DNA of 64,000 nt from Podarcis erhardii (taxonomy: Eukaryota): NCBI GenBank assembly GCA_964252035.1, contig OZ176205.1; one strand, given 5' to 3'. The position numbers were made by a program, and so were the translations under genes. Numbering within the stretch: the first letter of the stretch is position 1; every line of letters begins with the position of its first letter. Below are positions 1 to 24,200 of this stretch, in pieces. The notes beneath the pieces are model-generated. The model searched no databases and was not told the DNA's origin. It was given only the letters and a program-made list of their open reading frames with translations.

Positions 1-1849
1 TAAAACTGTTTTCAGTCACCAGCTATTTGATATACCTTAGAGAATTAGCATAAAGAACAGCAAAAAGTATTAACAGCAAGAGACAGCAGCCCTAAAGTAT
101 ATCTCAAAAGGTCCAACTAAAATGTGTAGTAAAATCAATTAAAGGATATCCTTGTGGCACCCTTTCCCAACATTTTCAGAGCTTGCTAAAATCAGAAGAG
201 AAAAGCAACAGCAGGAATGAGAGACAACCTTGCTTGACCCATAACCGCATATGAGATAAGCAATTCTTTGTAGGAAAACAGCTGGTAATAATTCTGTAGA
301 ACCTCTCCCTTTTGACATCCAAACCAAGGCACGGGGTCTTTATATGAAATAGCTATGTGTTATGATCAAGTAACAGAACTTATTGCTGGGTTCTGCTGGT
401 GTAAACAGTAAGTGTCACAGATGTACTTTTCCAGTGCTTTAATAGCTGGATGATAAATTTACCCACAAGTGCTCTATGATTGGAACTAGACAGATTTTAA
501 AGGAACTAAACTGCCAAGTGTTGGCGCAAATTCTAATTCTCTTGGCTTGTATTTAACTTTACCAAGTATATCAACTTGGATTAAGAGGGGATGGTGCCGT
601 GTGTAAAAAGCAGAGCCATGGCCTTAGAAATATGTATCTACGACAAAGCCAATGATTTCCCAGCTCTGTGAATGTTGAGCTTCCTGGATGTTTAACAGAG
701 CAGACTTTGTTCACCTTAACTGCCAAGAGCTTGCCAGGGGAGAAGAAAGTATTCAAAAATTAGTAGCTTAAGATATTTACACATACTGTGAATGCAAACT
801 GCAGAGTCTAGAACAGTGCTGGTATTCTCCTCCTCACTTAATTGGTGCACATATTTCTAAATGAATACTTTTCCCCCCTCCCACAAATACATAAACACTG
901 AGATGCTATTTTCTATCTCAAGAGGAGGTTCTTAAAATGCAATGTGAGAAGGATTCCAGGAGAGAGGGAGGCAGGCAAAGACCACATTGGAGCCTGCTCC
1001 AGCTGCACTCTCCCCTTCCCACTGTCACAGGGGATCTATCATCAACCGTCCAGAGGAAACAATTCCAGGTGAGAGGGATGCAGGTAAACAGGGCATCAGG
1101 GCACACTCCAGCTGGACTATTTCCTTCCCATCAACTCTCCAGTGGGAAGGATCCTGATGGCAGGATATGTCTTTTGATATTGTTGTGCTTTCCTCCCCTC
1201 CCCCCCCCAATATAGCAACTTAGTGGGCCATTTTTTTGTAAGCCACCCTGGAAGGATTTGAAATATAATTGTAATTATTCAGTCCACTCTTTAGCTGTGA
1301 CCAATGCAAGTGTTTAGTATCAAATACTGTATCCATGGTTGTTTATAGCAGGGTATGGGGAAACTGTGGCCTACTGAATATTGGTGAACTAATGGTTCCT
1401 ATCAGAAACTTTATGGATATTAGTTAATCATGCATACGTCTTGTTAAGCTAAGTCAAGAAGTCTCTCCAAAAAGGCACCTGTGGATCTGGAAGTTCAACA
1501 CCTTCTGCCCTTCTGTTAACACGTGGAAGAAATATGGGAACCAGTTCTCTACAAATTACCTTCTTTCACAAAACCCTGTGGTTCTCTCGATGATAGACTT
1601 GTTCATATTTCAGCTACATAAATCCTGATATATGACACAACATAGGTGTTCTGGGTTTACTCCAATTTTTCCCTCACAGTGATGTGAAGAATTCCTTAGA
1701 AGCATGCTGTGACATATTTGCTACAAATTTAAAGTAAATAGGTCATAGTAACACAGTATTGTGCCCAAAGCACTGTTTAGTCATCCTTTTGTTGGTGGAG
1801 TTTCAGCTCTGGCAACCTGAGGGTGTGGGCAGAGCATCTCACGTGTCTG

Positions 1850-2060
1850 CTTATCACTTGGGTTGGCTGCCTGGGTCCCAAGGCAATAATGCCTTTCTTG
1901 GGAGAGGAAATGGCCCTGTCTGTCCTGAAAATGGCAATTAAAAGGCCACTCCTAAAGAAGGCCTCTCTAGACAACAAGGATTGTAGTAATTATTGGCCAA
2001 GAATGAACATTCACTTCTCAAGCAAGTTGCTCTGGAGTGGGTGACTCTTGGTAGCTGCAG
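1850..2060 (+). mobile_element. Decayed L2-type LINE ORF2 fragment
   Basis: Track ORF 1823..2044 contains RPLLKKASLDNKDCSNYWPRMNIHFSSKLL, a degraded PLLKKPSLDP..NYRPVSNLPFLGK pre-RT motif. Confidence 0.6.
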
Positions 2061-2704
2061 GCATTTTTGGATGAAACTCTTTAGATCCATTCCATGCTGG
2101 CTTCAGGCACAGAAACTGCCTTGGTGGAGTAACCTATGCCAGAGGACAAGGAAGAGCTCCACAGATGCTGCAACCGACTGCAGCATAGAACTTGCAGAGC
2201 ACTGGCTGCGCAGCCACAGTATCTGCAAATATTGTTGCCCCAACTGTTCACACACATTACAGAAGTTGTGTATATGGTAGGCACTGCCCCTGCAATTCCT
2301 GCATCGACTCTTAACATTGCTATGGATTATTTAGTGGTCGCTGGTAAGGAAAATGGCAATGGCAGATAACTTAGGACCATAGTATTGGCTTCCCAGGGAC
2401 AATTCACATACTAGCATCATCGCACTGAAACCAATACCAATATAAGTCGGCCTTTCTCAATTGCTTCCTCAGTCTCAGAGTTTTATAGGTAAGTTTCCCT
2501 TCCACATATACCTTTGAAATTGTGCACTTTCTTACTTGCAGTCATGACAAATGCCAAGATTTTAAAAATTGTTCTGAATTAAAACTAAACAGTAACGTAT
2601 TTAGACATCCTAGTACACAACACCATAAACTGCATTTTTTTAAAAAGCCCACAAAATTGTATTTCACAATTACTGACATATGGACATAAGCAATATAGTT
2701 TTCA

Positions 2705-13814
<11,110 letters not shown>

Positions 13815-15067
13815 GGTTGCAAGCTGAACGTCAGACGGGGCGGAGCGGGACGCGGGCGGCAGCGAAGCCAGGAGAGGCTGGGCCCAAGGGGGGCTGCCCG
13901 ACGGCGTGCAGGGAGGGCGCAGCAGGAGGAGGAGGAGCGCGCACAGCCGGGAGGCGCCAGGGGCGCAGCGGGGCTCTGTTCCTCACGCGGCCACATGCGA
14001 GCCCGGCATGTCGTTCTTCTGAGCGGCAAGGGGGTCGTTCTCTCCCAGCCCCGAAAGAGTAGGCTGCGTCCTCCTGCGCGCCTAAGTCGCTCCCCTGCCC
14101 GGGAAAGGGCGGCGTCGCTTCAGCCAAGCCACCGCGTCGGAACCTGTCCTAAGACACAGAGCAAGCGAGGCACGCGACCGAATTTCCCCCGAGCGCGTAC
14201 AGGATGCCCTTATTTTTTGCTACTCGCCACAGTGCGGGACTAACGCCCAGGTGGGGGCGGCAGGGTAGCAGGGAAACTAGAGTCGCTTGTCTCTCATCAC
14301 GTGTTGAGAAGGGATCACGTGCAGCGCCGCCAACACGCTTGCCGGCCACGTCCGTCGGGGGCGTGAGAAGAGGCCCTTTGCGCAGAGTTATAGGTTCATG
14401 GAGCTCCTTCCTGCGCCTTACCTACCTAGCTGCGCCGCGTGGGGGTGGGCAGGCCCCCCAATCAAATTAATGAATAAATAAAAATACCAAAGTAACAGAC
14501 CAATTGTGGCGCAGATAACCCGGTCCTGGGAGCCCCCAAACATGAAGTCTGCCCCCCCCCCAAATCCTGGCAATGCCCATACCGCCCCCCAATATGATTG
14601 CGTTATAAAGGATGCAACTATAAGGTACATGGAAGACTAGCTTAGCAGTTAATATAAAAGTTACAAAAGTTTTTTCATTTTACATATAAGGAGCCACAGG
14701 CGTTTCCTTAAGTACATAGGTGGTTCATATTATGTGGTTAGCATTAAATGCTGGATTGAATAGGTATAGCTATTACTTTACCAATTTCCATGACTGCATA
14801 GTGGTAATTATTCCCATATGCACTCACTAGAATTACTTTATCTTTTTGGAGCTCAGGGACTGCTCTAGATTGGTGGGGGTTGCAACATGTCATTGATGCA
14901 GTGATAATACATTAATGTTGGATTTGTACAGAACCATCCACACGTTCCACTTTGCGAGTTGTTCTGCTATACTTCCCCCAAAGTAACATGTTAATTGCTA
15001 TCTGGAAAGGCACTCTTATGCTGAATAGTGCAACAAAAAGAACTTCAACAGTAGAACAGACTCCCTT

Positions 15068-15216
15068 CGGCCCAGCTCAGTTGCTTAGACTGTGGTGCTG
15101 ATAAGGCCAAGGTTTTGGGTCCAATCCCCATACAGACCACTTGCATATTCCAGCATTGCAGGGGGTTGGACTAGATGAACCCTTCACGGTCCTTTCCAAC
15201 TCCACAACTCTCTGAA
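15068..15216 (+). mobile_element. tRNA-head / CR1-tail SINE (Squam2-like)
   Basis: agctcagttgcttagactgtggtgctgata head; gggggttggactagatga..ggtcctttccaactccaca CR1-type tail. Confidence 0.65.
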
Positions 15217-15499
15217 AAACAGGACAAACACACACACACACACAAACCAGAACATTTGGGTTATAAAAAAATTATATTATTCCTGCAGGACGCAACAGGA
15301 CAGGCACCGATTTCTGCATTCCTCCCTGAGGCCAACTCATCCAACCGCGGGCCAGAGGCAAAAATGGGGCAGGTAGAGCGGTGGGTGCAACAATGCAGGC
15401 TTATTCGATCCACTTAGAAGCTTGCAGTCTCTCTATGTACACATACAAACACACACCTCTATCCTGGCAAGTCCAGAACATCACAATTCCAAGAACACA

Positions 15500-15720
15500 T
15501 TCCAACCATGACAAAACATCACTGGTGTGTCATTGGGAGGTGCATGACCTGGGCATAGTCCCAACAGTGAGATAATAAAGGGCTGGAGGTTTGCATTTGA
15601 CTTTGGGCTGAGGTTTCCCACCCCTCATTTAGAGCTTTAAAGGCCAGGACCTTGAACTGAGTTTGGATGCCACCTAGTAGCCAGCAACACTCTTTCACTA
15701 CTGGCATAATATGGAGCATG
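15500..15720 (-). mobile_element. L2 LINE fragment
   Basis: Reverse strand has ..TQFKVLAFKALN.. (track ORF 15519..15719), an L2 ORF2 C-terminal motif. Confidence 0.55.
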
Positions 15721-16065
15721 CACCTAGGAATTCACTAGGCAGCTTTGGTTAACCCATTTACTAGCCTTCACTTTCCCCTCGGAGTGGAAATTAGTACTGG
15801 AATGCCAATGCAACATCACATTTTGTGAGACTCTGGCGAAACATCAGATGGCACATGGCATTTGCTGCTTCCGTGCATCTGATATTCTACTGCCAAGCTA
15901 CTATATCATACATAATATTAATAATAAAAACCTACGTATTGATAAAGATACCTCCCTCACTCGTTGCAATCCCTTTGGACTACATTGTGGCAACAGATTT
16001 GGGGGAAGTGGTTATTGTACAGATTTATTATGCACTTCACACAATAGTCATTTCAGAGGTTGAAG

Positions 16066-17118
16066 CTACTTTTCATTACCCACAGGTAACAGGTTCTGCA
16101 TGCTCGGATCCCTATGGGATTCAGAGACATCGAATTCTGCGGTTGGTATGCTTATAACTGGAGCATGTGCAGACCCAGCACTTTGCTCTTCTGAACATGC
16201 GGTCAATTCTGATTTCTGGGGCTCAAGGCTACTATTTACTTCTTCCTGAAAGCTCCTTAGTGATAGTGATGATGTTGGCCCAATTAACCTCTCACTGTCT
16301 TCTTGGATTGGGGACTGGGCTGAGACTTCCATGTTGCTTGCCCCGTTTTCATCCAGAAAAGGTTTCTGGTGTGAATTATCCTGGTGCTTCACTTCAGACT
16401 TGCTGCTTTCCACTGATATGATTTTAGCACAACTATGAGATGAGCATGAACTGCGAGCTGAAGGGACGGAGTTGTGGTGGTTAGCGAGTTTACTTCCAGA
16501 TCTTGGAACTGGAATTGGCTTTGAGATGGGGATGTAGTCCACAAAAAGCACTCTATCCTTCTTACGGGGTTCTTCGGGGGAAGCTAACTCCTTCTCAAAA
16601 AAATCTGGAAGTTGGGATTTTATTCCTGAAATCAGGCTTCTAGATGAAATAGTACGGTATATGGCCAGCGTTGGATTCTCTCCACATACCATAAGGCCTT
16701 CTTTCTGACACTGAGGTATGTTTGTTGAAATACTCCTTTCAGGGACCGTATGTCTGCTGAAAGTTTTTGTGACACTTCCACTCATCTTCTGAACTATCTC
16801 TTTCTGAGAACTTGTGAAGATATCATCACATGGTGTTTTCTTCACAGATAAAATCTGAACAGCGATGCGTTTTGGTTTCCCAGGCTTTTTCTTCCTCTTT
16901 GTAGTTTCATTCGGGGGAGAACTTTGTTTACTTCTGGTGATTGCAGTGGATTCATTATAGTTATTTCGTAGGACCGGGTTTAGCTGCATGCATATTTCAC
17001 CACTCCTATTCACACCATAAAATGCTCCATCCCCGTACATAGAAAGACATGTATTCAATGCATGCTTCTTTACATACCCTTCATTGTGGCAATAGACAGG
17101 AAATGATTCACTTGACTT
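16066..17118 (-). CDS. C1orf141: C1orf141-like last coding exon (351 codons incl. stop)
   Basis: ctctag|AAG TCA AGT GAA...; contains track ORF 16066..17058; AATAAA (minus) at 16024-16029, just past the stop. Confidence 0.85.
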   Translation of the reverse strand, partial: KSSESFPVYCHNEGYVKKHALNTCLSMYGDGAFYGVNRSGEICMQLNPVLRNNYNESTAITRSKQSSPPNETTKRKKKPGKPKRIAVQILSVKKTPCDDIFTSSQKEIVQKMSGSVTKTFSRHTVPERSISTNIPQCQKEGLMVCGENPTLAIYRTISSRSLISGIKSQLPDFFEKELASPEEPRKKDRVLFVDYIPISKPIPVPRSGSKLANHHNSVPSARSSCSSHSCAKIISVESSKSEVKHQDNSHQKPFLDENGASNMEVSAQSPIQEDSERLIGPTSSLSLRSFQEEVNSSLEPQKSELTACSEEQSAGSAHAPVISIPTAEFDVSESHRDPSMQNLLPVGNEK

Positions 17119-20100
17119 CTAGAGAAAGGAGGAGAGAAATGTTAAAACCTTTCACACCAACAAAACTGATATATTCATACATATGTAAGGGAAAAATCAT
17201 ACTGCCACCTAAACTTTTAACTTCTGTTTCCTAGAATTATAAAAACACAGAAAACTGCCTTATACTAAATTTGAATATTGGTCCATTTAGCCCAGTATGG
17301 TTTACACTGACCAGCAACAAATCTCCAGGATTTTAGGCAGAACTCTCTTGGAGCACTCCATTGGAGATGCTAGGGATTAGACCTGGGCCTTCTGTACACA
17401 TATGCTCTGCCTAGCTTAGTGGTAGAGCTCATACTTTGCTTGCCTGGGGTTCAGTTCAGTCCCTGAAAGTCCTGGCTGCTGCCCCAGACATTACAGCAGA
17501 ATAAGAGAAAGACCTTTATTAAAGCGGAGTACAGTACAGGTGCAACAGCAGAAAGGGGTTAACTCAATCCCAAAGCTCCTACAAACAGGATGGAGGAGTT
17601 AACCGAGTTAGGAGCCAGGCTAGAATCCCAAAGTCCAAGACCAGGGCATGAAGTTCACAACCATATGAGAGCAGCGAAGGTGTCCCAACAAGTTCTCCTG
17701 CCCACTTGGCAAGCTTTATTAGCTTGGTGAGAATGTCTAGCTTGTAGGCATGCACACTGCTAGGGCAAGTGCATCTGTTCTCATCAGCAGAGGCATTGTC
17801 TGACCCTGGGGGGTGCTTATTAGACCTGTGCCTACTAAATCCAGTTCAGCCACCTCAAGTCATAGCTCTGAGGTCTCTCCAGCCACCAACAGCACAAGGG
17901 TAGGAAGCAGCTAGAACTCCTGTTCCAGCATTGTTGTCTGCCAGGGAAGAGCTTTCTTCAGAAAGGCTTTGCTCTACTGTCTCAAACCCCCCTCCCCATT
18001 CCTCCAGTCTGCCATCCCAGACCTGAACCCAAAGGCACTAAGTGACTCATGACATGAACATATCCAGGTAGGGATAGGAAGGACCTCTGTCTGAAACTCT
18101 GGAGAGCTGCTGCCAGTCAGTGTAGACAATACTGGATTAGATGGACCAGTGATCTAACATACTGAGTCATACTAAAGCAGTTTTCTTTGTGCATGACCCA
18201 TTCTTCAAAGAGCTCAGACTAGCATTTCAGCTTCACAACAACCCCATGAGATGGGCAAGGCTGTAAGATAATGACTTGCCCAAAAATACACACAGCTTTA
18301 TAGCTAAGTAGCAATTTGACTGAAACGAGATTTCCCATATACAAGCTCAGCATTCTCAGGCACTGTATGACGCTGGCCCCATTTCTGTATTTGTAGTATT
18401 AGTAAAATCCAATCTATATGCTTGGAAAACACATGAAGTCATTTGTGGGGGGGGGGATAGTACTTTGTAAACAAAGTCTTCTGATTGCAATGAGGGTTTA
18501 ATTCAGCAGTAAAATCAATCCCTGTATTTTGTGACACATTTCACTCAGGTCCTATAAAAACATTATATCTGTGGGCTTAGATGTCGGTTAAGCCAGTTGC
18601 TAAAGGTCATGTGAATATGGTCAAGATAACATATAATAAGGCAAGAATGTAAAAAAATTGTATATTACCATCAGCATTAGTTGAAGAGAATGCTGATTAG
18701 CTGCTATCCAATGGGAAATGGGACTTTCTGTGTGGTGTTAGTCCTACTCAGAATAGGCCTATTGAGGTTAGAAATATGACTTAGTTCACTAATTTCAATT
18801 GTCCATGCTTAGCAGTAGTTGGTTGAATACACTTCCCCATAAAAAAAGAGTTTTAAAATATACAACAAAAAATGTCTTCTTTTGGTCCTTCAAATAGGAA
18901 TAACAGGGATAGTTGCACTGTGAAGTCTATTGGTTTATGATGTATTTTAGCAGCCTCTTGCCTAAGACAGCTACTGATTTAACTGATATATTAAGCCACG
19001 GAGATTTCCATTTTTGTCAACCAGTTCTTCATAAAGAATTCTCTTACATTCTGTAATTAGCAATGAGAATTATTTCAAACCATGTAACCTGTTTTTCCAG
19101 TAGATATCTTAACATTGGGATCAGAATGAATGGGAAATTCTTAAGGTAACTACTTTCTTAACCTATAGAATTTTTTTAAAAACCCATTAAACAGGTGGTA
19201 GTGGTAGCGGTGGGGAGATGGTATTACCGGTAAACTGTCACATTTTGGCCTTGAACTGCCAGCTCTGATCACTTTGGCATTTGGTTTTTCTATTTCATCC
19301 TCAATGCACAGAGGTACAGAAACCTTCTTCTTTTTCAGTACTGCATCCTCATAGTGGGTAAAAGTCTTAATATTTTTTTCCTCATTGGTGAAATCATATT
19401 TCCAAAGAGCGTCTCTGCATTTAAAAAAAAAGTGATAGTAATAAGTGGTCACCAAACAATTAAATAAGCAATATTACTGGACATTGCTAGTTCCAACCCT
19501 GATATTACATTCTTCAAAAGTAATGTGTTATCAGCCCAGTCCTGTGGAACACTCTGCCAGTTGAGATTCAGTGAGTGCCTTCTGTGCCCAATTTAAAAAA
19601 TCTGCTAAAAACTTTTCTATTCTGTCAGGCCTATGCAGGCAATTAAGAATACATTCCCACAATGGTTTACTGATGTTTGTTTTTCATTCCTTTTATCTTT
19701 TAACTTGTTTTTTTTTAAAAAAACCTTTTATGATTTTATTGTTTGGTTTGGTTTTTATATTGTTGTAAACCACTGTGATATATTTTTTATGATACAGTGG
19801 TATATAAATGTCTGTATGTATGAATGTATGTGTTCAGATAATGCCTTTTGCAAGAGCACCAGATCAATTATTCACCTGGTATGCTTCAAAGCCAGTAGTA
19901 ATACTACTATTAACAACAACATGCTTTTTCAATGTGTCAAGCACCTTGCACATGTTAATCTCAGTCATTCTTACTACAACCCTAGGTCACTGTCATTGTC
20001 CTCCTATTGCATAGCAGTTCAGCTGCCATGGCTGAGCTGTAATTTAACTTGGGAATCTCCTACATCTACAGCTCCCCCACATTTCATTAAATATATTCTC

Positions 20101-21242
20101 ATTTTTCCATAGGTTCTGGTGCATCCAAGAAACAATGAACATAAAGCAGTTGCCTTGTCTTCTTGTTTGCATCAGAAAAATTGTCGTGAACGCAACTCAG
20201 GGTCTGAGGGAGAAACCACACAGACCAAAGCAATAGTACCAGTTTTCAGAAATACTTTATTAATTCCATCTATTCAAGTGCTCTCGATTTTATAGCACAT
20301 TTGCACATACTCTGTAGGGATATAGCTGCCAAAGACAGCTGCTCTGTCTAATCAAATGGCCAGTTCAACTTTACTGGGTGAGTCTGGAGAAGAAGAAAGC
20401 TGCTCCCTACCTACTTGCTATCCACGCTATGAATAATTGTAAAATATTGTGTCATATTCCCAATTTTACTTGCCTTTTTATTTTAGCTACAAAACCCCAA
20501 ACCTGACCCTGCAGTCCTTCTGTATAGTCCAACAGACATCAAAAGCCACATAAAATAATATTGTAAAGGTGTTCTTGATCCTGATGTCAAAAATGTGTCC
20601 TGTAAGCCTCATAAAAGGGAGGGGCAAGTGTATTGGAGTTTCATATGCCCCATGGATTCCACATTCTTGGGCAAACAGGAGCATTTTTCATACTCAAGCT
20701 GTGGCACTTTGATAGGCTCTGAACAATTCCATATATGTTAGGAGGAAATAAAAGTGAGATTGCCAAAGTGCTCTTTTGTAAGTATATCTGTTATACTTTG
20801 TCATAAGTTTTATTTATTTTCTGACAGAGTGTTACTTTCTTGGAATCAAAAGGGAGGAAAAAGCTTAGCTTTCAACATATAATTGAAGGAAATTTATTCT
20901 GTAGGAAGACTGAGATTTCCATGGACCGTGGACTATAAAACAAAGACATGTAAAGACCCACAAATATTATTAGAGTCAGAGAAGGCATAAAAAGAACAAA
21001 GTATTTATAGAAAAGTGTTCTATATTTGTTACATATTAGAACCATAAGGTACAGGATAAAATACAATCATATGATGTATTGGTTGTTGTGTTAAATGAAT
21101 AGTTGGGAAATATTATCTAAATATATTTTGAAATAATGATACTGCATTAAAATAGTATTTACTGATTTTTATTCAATTGTTTTTATGGGAATTTGTTGAC
21201 TTTGCATTTTATGTGTCCCACTGGTAATAAACAAAACCACTA

Positions 21243-21287
<45 letters not shown>

Positions 21288-24200
21288 ACATATTCCTTAT
21301 TTCTTATGGCAGGGCATCAGGAGAGGGATAGGGAGGAGAGCAATACAGTGGTGCCCCGCAAGACGAATGCCTCGCAAGACGAAAAACCCGCTAGACGAAA
21401 GGGTTTTCCGTTTTTCGAGGCGCTTCGCAAGACGAATTTCTCTATGGGCTTGCTTCGCAAGACGAAAACATCTTGCGAGTCTTGTGATTTTTTTCGCTCC
21501 CCCCCCTTTTTCTAAGCCGCTAATAGCCGCTTAGCCGCTTAGCCGCTAAACCGCTAATAGCCGCTAAGCCGCTAATAGCGCTAATCCGCTAATAGGGTTG
21601 CTTCGCAAGACGAAAAAACCGCTTGACGAAGAGACTCGCGGAACGGATTCTTTTCGTCTTGCGAGGCACCACTGTATAAAACTGCTACAAATGAAGGTCC
21701 TCTCCCCGCTACTTTATATAACCTATTCTATTTCTGAAATTTTGAGGATAATGCCCACGCTAATTTTAGCCAAAATTACACCACCCAAGCACAAATGGGG
21801 GAGGTATGGGCAGAATCTGGAGAATCCCAAGGAAGGCACAAGTAAAAAAAAAAAATCAGTATCATTAAATCACTGCTCACCCACCCACCTGCACTGGCCT
21901 CCTGTCTCCCTGCCTCTGTCTCCCTCCTCTTTGCCTTCCAATGCTGTTGCAATGGTCCAGTGGTCCACAGTGCCATCTGTCTGTGGCCAAGCACACTACA
22001 GCATTATGACACCCTTGCATTTTTATTATATAATAAATTATATGAGTTTTCATTTATAAAAAGTAAGCCTCTAGCCCTACTAGAAGGAACATTATAAAGC
22101 AAAATATGCAAGCATCTTTCTAAGCAATTTCTGTGAACTAGTCTGGTTGCTGCTGCCTTTCAGTGTTTTTAGCCAATGAGTGAAGTCAGAACTATGATTG
22201 ATGAGAGATATTTGGACGCAAGTCCATAAGAATCCTTGTGGTTTTTTCCTATTGGGACAGAACACTGGATGTTGGAAGCAGCTTTATTCTTTTACTGGGC
22301 AATTATTATTATTATTATTTATTGAATTTATATACCGTCCTATAGCCGGAGGTCTCAGGGCAGTTCACTGAATAAAATCAAAATATAAAACCCCATAATC
22401 AAAATAAAAGTAGCAACCCCTCAAAAACGCCCCATTTTAAAAGGGCATAGGAAAATACTGACTCCTTACTATATTATCTACAAAATTTAAAAAAAATAAA
22501 AAATAAAGTATGCCACTCTCCATTCTAGTCTCCTTCTCTCCAGTGCCTACAGGCCTAAGACAACTCCTCTTAGGAATCAATCCCCTGTGTAGTTGAACAC
22601 AAGTAGGACTTGTGCATTGGTAAAACATGCAGTAGACAGCCTAGATTAAGATTGGCTGAAGCCTTGAAGCTATACTAATTTGCAGGGGTGGAGTATCCCC
22701 CAAAATGGACCTTTATATATACCTTTATATATACATCACTTTGGTTAAAGGAACCAAAATTTGATGCCTGATACAAGCACCACATCCTCCTTTGTAGCCA
22801 TTTTATGCCTCCTTCTACATCTTCTCAACAGCCATGTGAGGGCGGTTAGGCTAAGAGTTGGTGATTGACCCAAGCAAAAATGAAAAGGGATTGTGAAATA
22901 TGAAATTGCACCTGCACAGAGTATGCTCTTTTAATCCAAGTTGTCAAAGTGCTTTTTGATTGTGTTTTGGTGAGAGCTGTGAAAATGCACATGCTTTTTT
23001 TGTAGTCCCTGAAAGCTTACATAGTAGTACATTTGTTACATCGATTAATATTTTCCGGCACCGTATTTCATGCATTCCTTCTTGGGAGAAGGGGGCCGCT
23101 ATTTGGGGAACCGCACAAGGGCCCCCAATTTGGTTTTAATTTGGTGTTGCAGCTCATACAATAAAGATGTGACTAAAAATAAAGAAATCAGGTCAGGTTA
23201 TAGCTAACTTGTGGCAGCCCAGATGTCACTGGGCTCGAACTAGCATTAGCCACAGCCGGCACGGCCAATCGTCAGGCAAGATGGGAGCTGTCGTGCAATA
23301 ACATCTGTAGGGCTATAGCTTAGCCACCACTGAGTTAAATGCTATGCTAATGCATTATAACAAGAAATCTATGTGCACTATTATTCCTTGATTATTAATA
23401 GTTACCTTTTGTTCAGGTTATCTTGTAACAAATGGACATTTGTACAGGATTTGACTTTACCCTTTCTCTTCAGTTCCTGATCAACTCCATGTTTGGCTTC
23501 ATCATAAACACCTGAAATGACAATGAAATTTATTACATCTCACAAATACAATGGCATGGACAAGATAAAAGTGGCTTTTCACAGAGAACACTCATAGTAG
23601 CTTATATTAAATAATAACTTGAAGTCAGATAAAGTAGAGAATATGAGGGTGCAGGGTAGCACCGCTGTGGTTCTGTGGTTGGTCTGAGAGCTGATTCAGA
23701 TATGAAAGCTCAGCATGGAGCCTCTGTTATTTATAAGCTGCTTATAAGCTAGCCACAAAGAGAACCTCCATACCTGCCCTAAACTACGGTTTTTCAATGA
23801 AATTATAAGCATCTGGTTTATTTTCATCATAATTACCTATAAATCAAAATATAACTAGGTCAATACATTCTAACAAATACTTTATTTTGTACTCAAAAGG
23901 TTAGGAAATTTGTTTTAAGAAGTGCACGAGATGTACCGAATAATATATGCAGAAATAAATCTTCGTCTGCTCTCCCAGTTTAGGCAAATGCTGCTGGTTC
24001 AAGAACCATCATCGCTAGTTTTCCCAGCCTTTGGGGGCGAAACTCAACAATTGGACTATGACTTTTTCAGTGATGGTCTGTTTCTCACTGAGATGGTTCT
24101 TCAAAATTACTGAGGAATTTGTGAGGCCAAAGTGCTATGTAATGGCTACTATGGTTTTTGTTAGTCATTTTTATTATTTATTTTTCTCCAACCTTTTCCC

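Noticed and set aside
21517-21594. Short direct-repeat array resembling CRISPR or a satellite
   Set aside because: No unique spacers, eukaryotic context, and it lies inside a TIR-bounded MITE.
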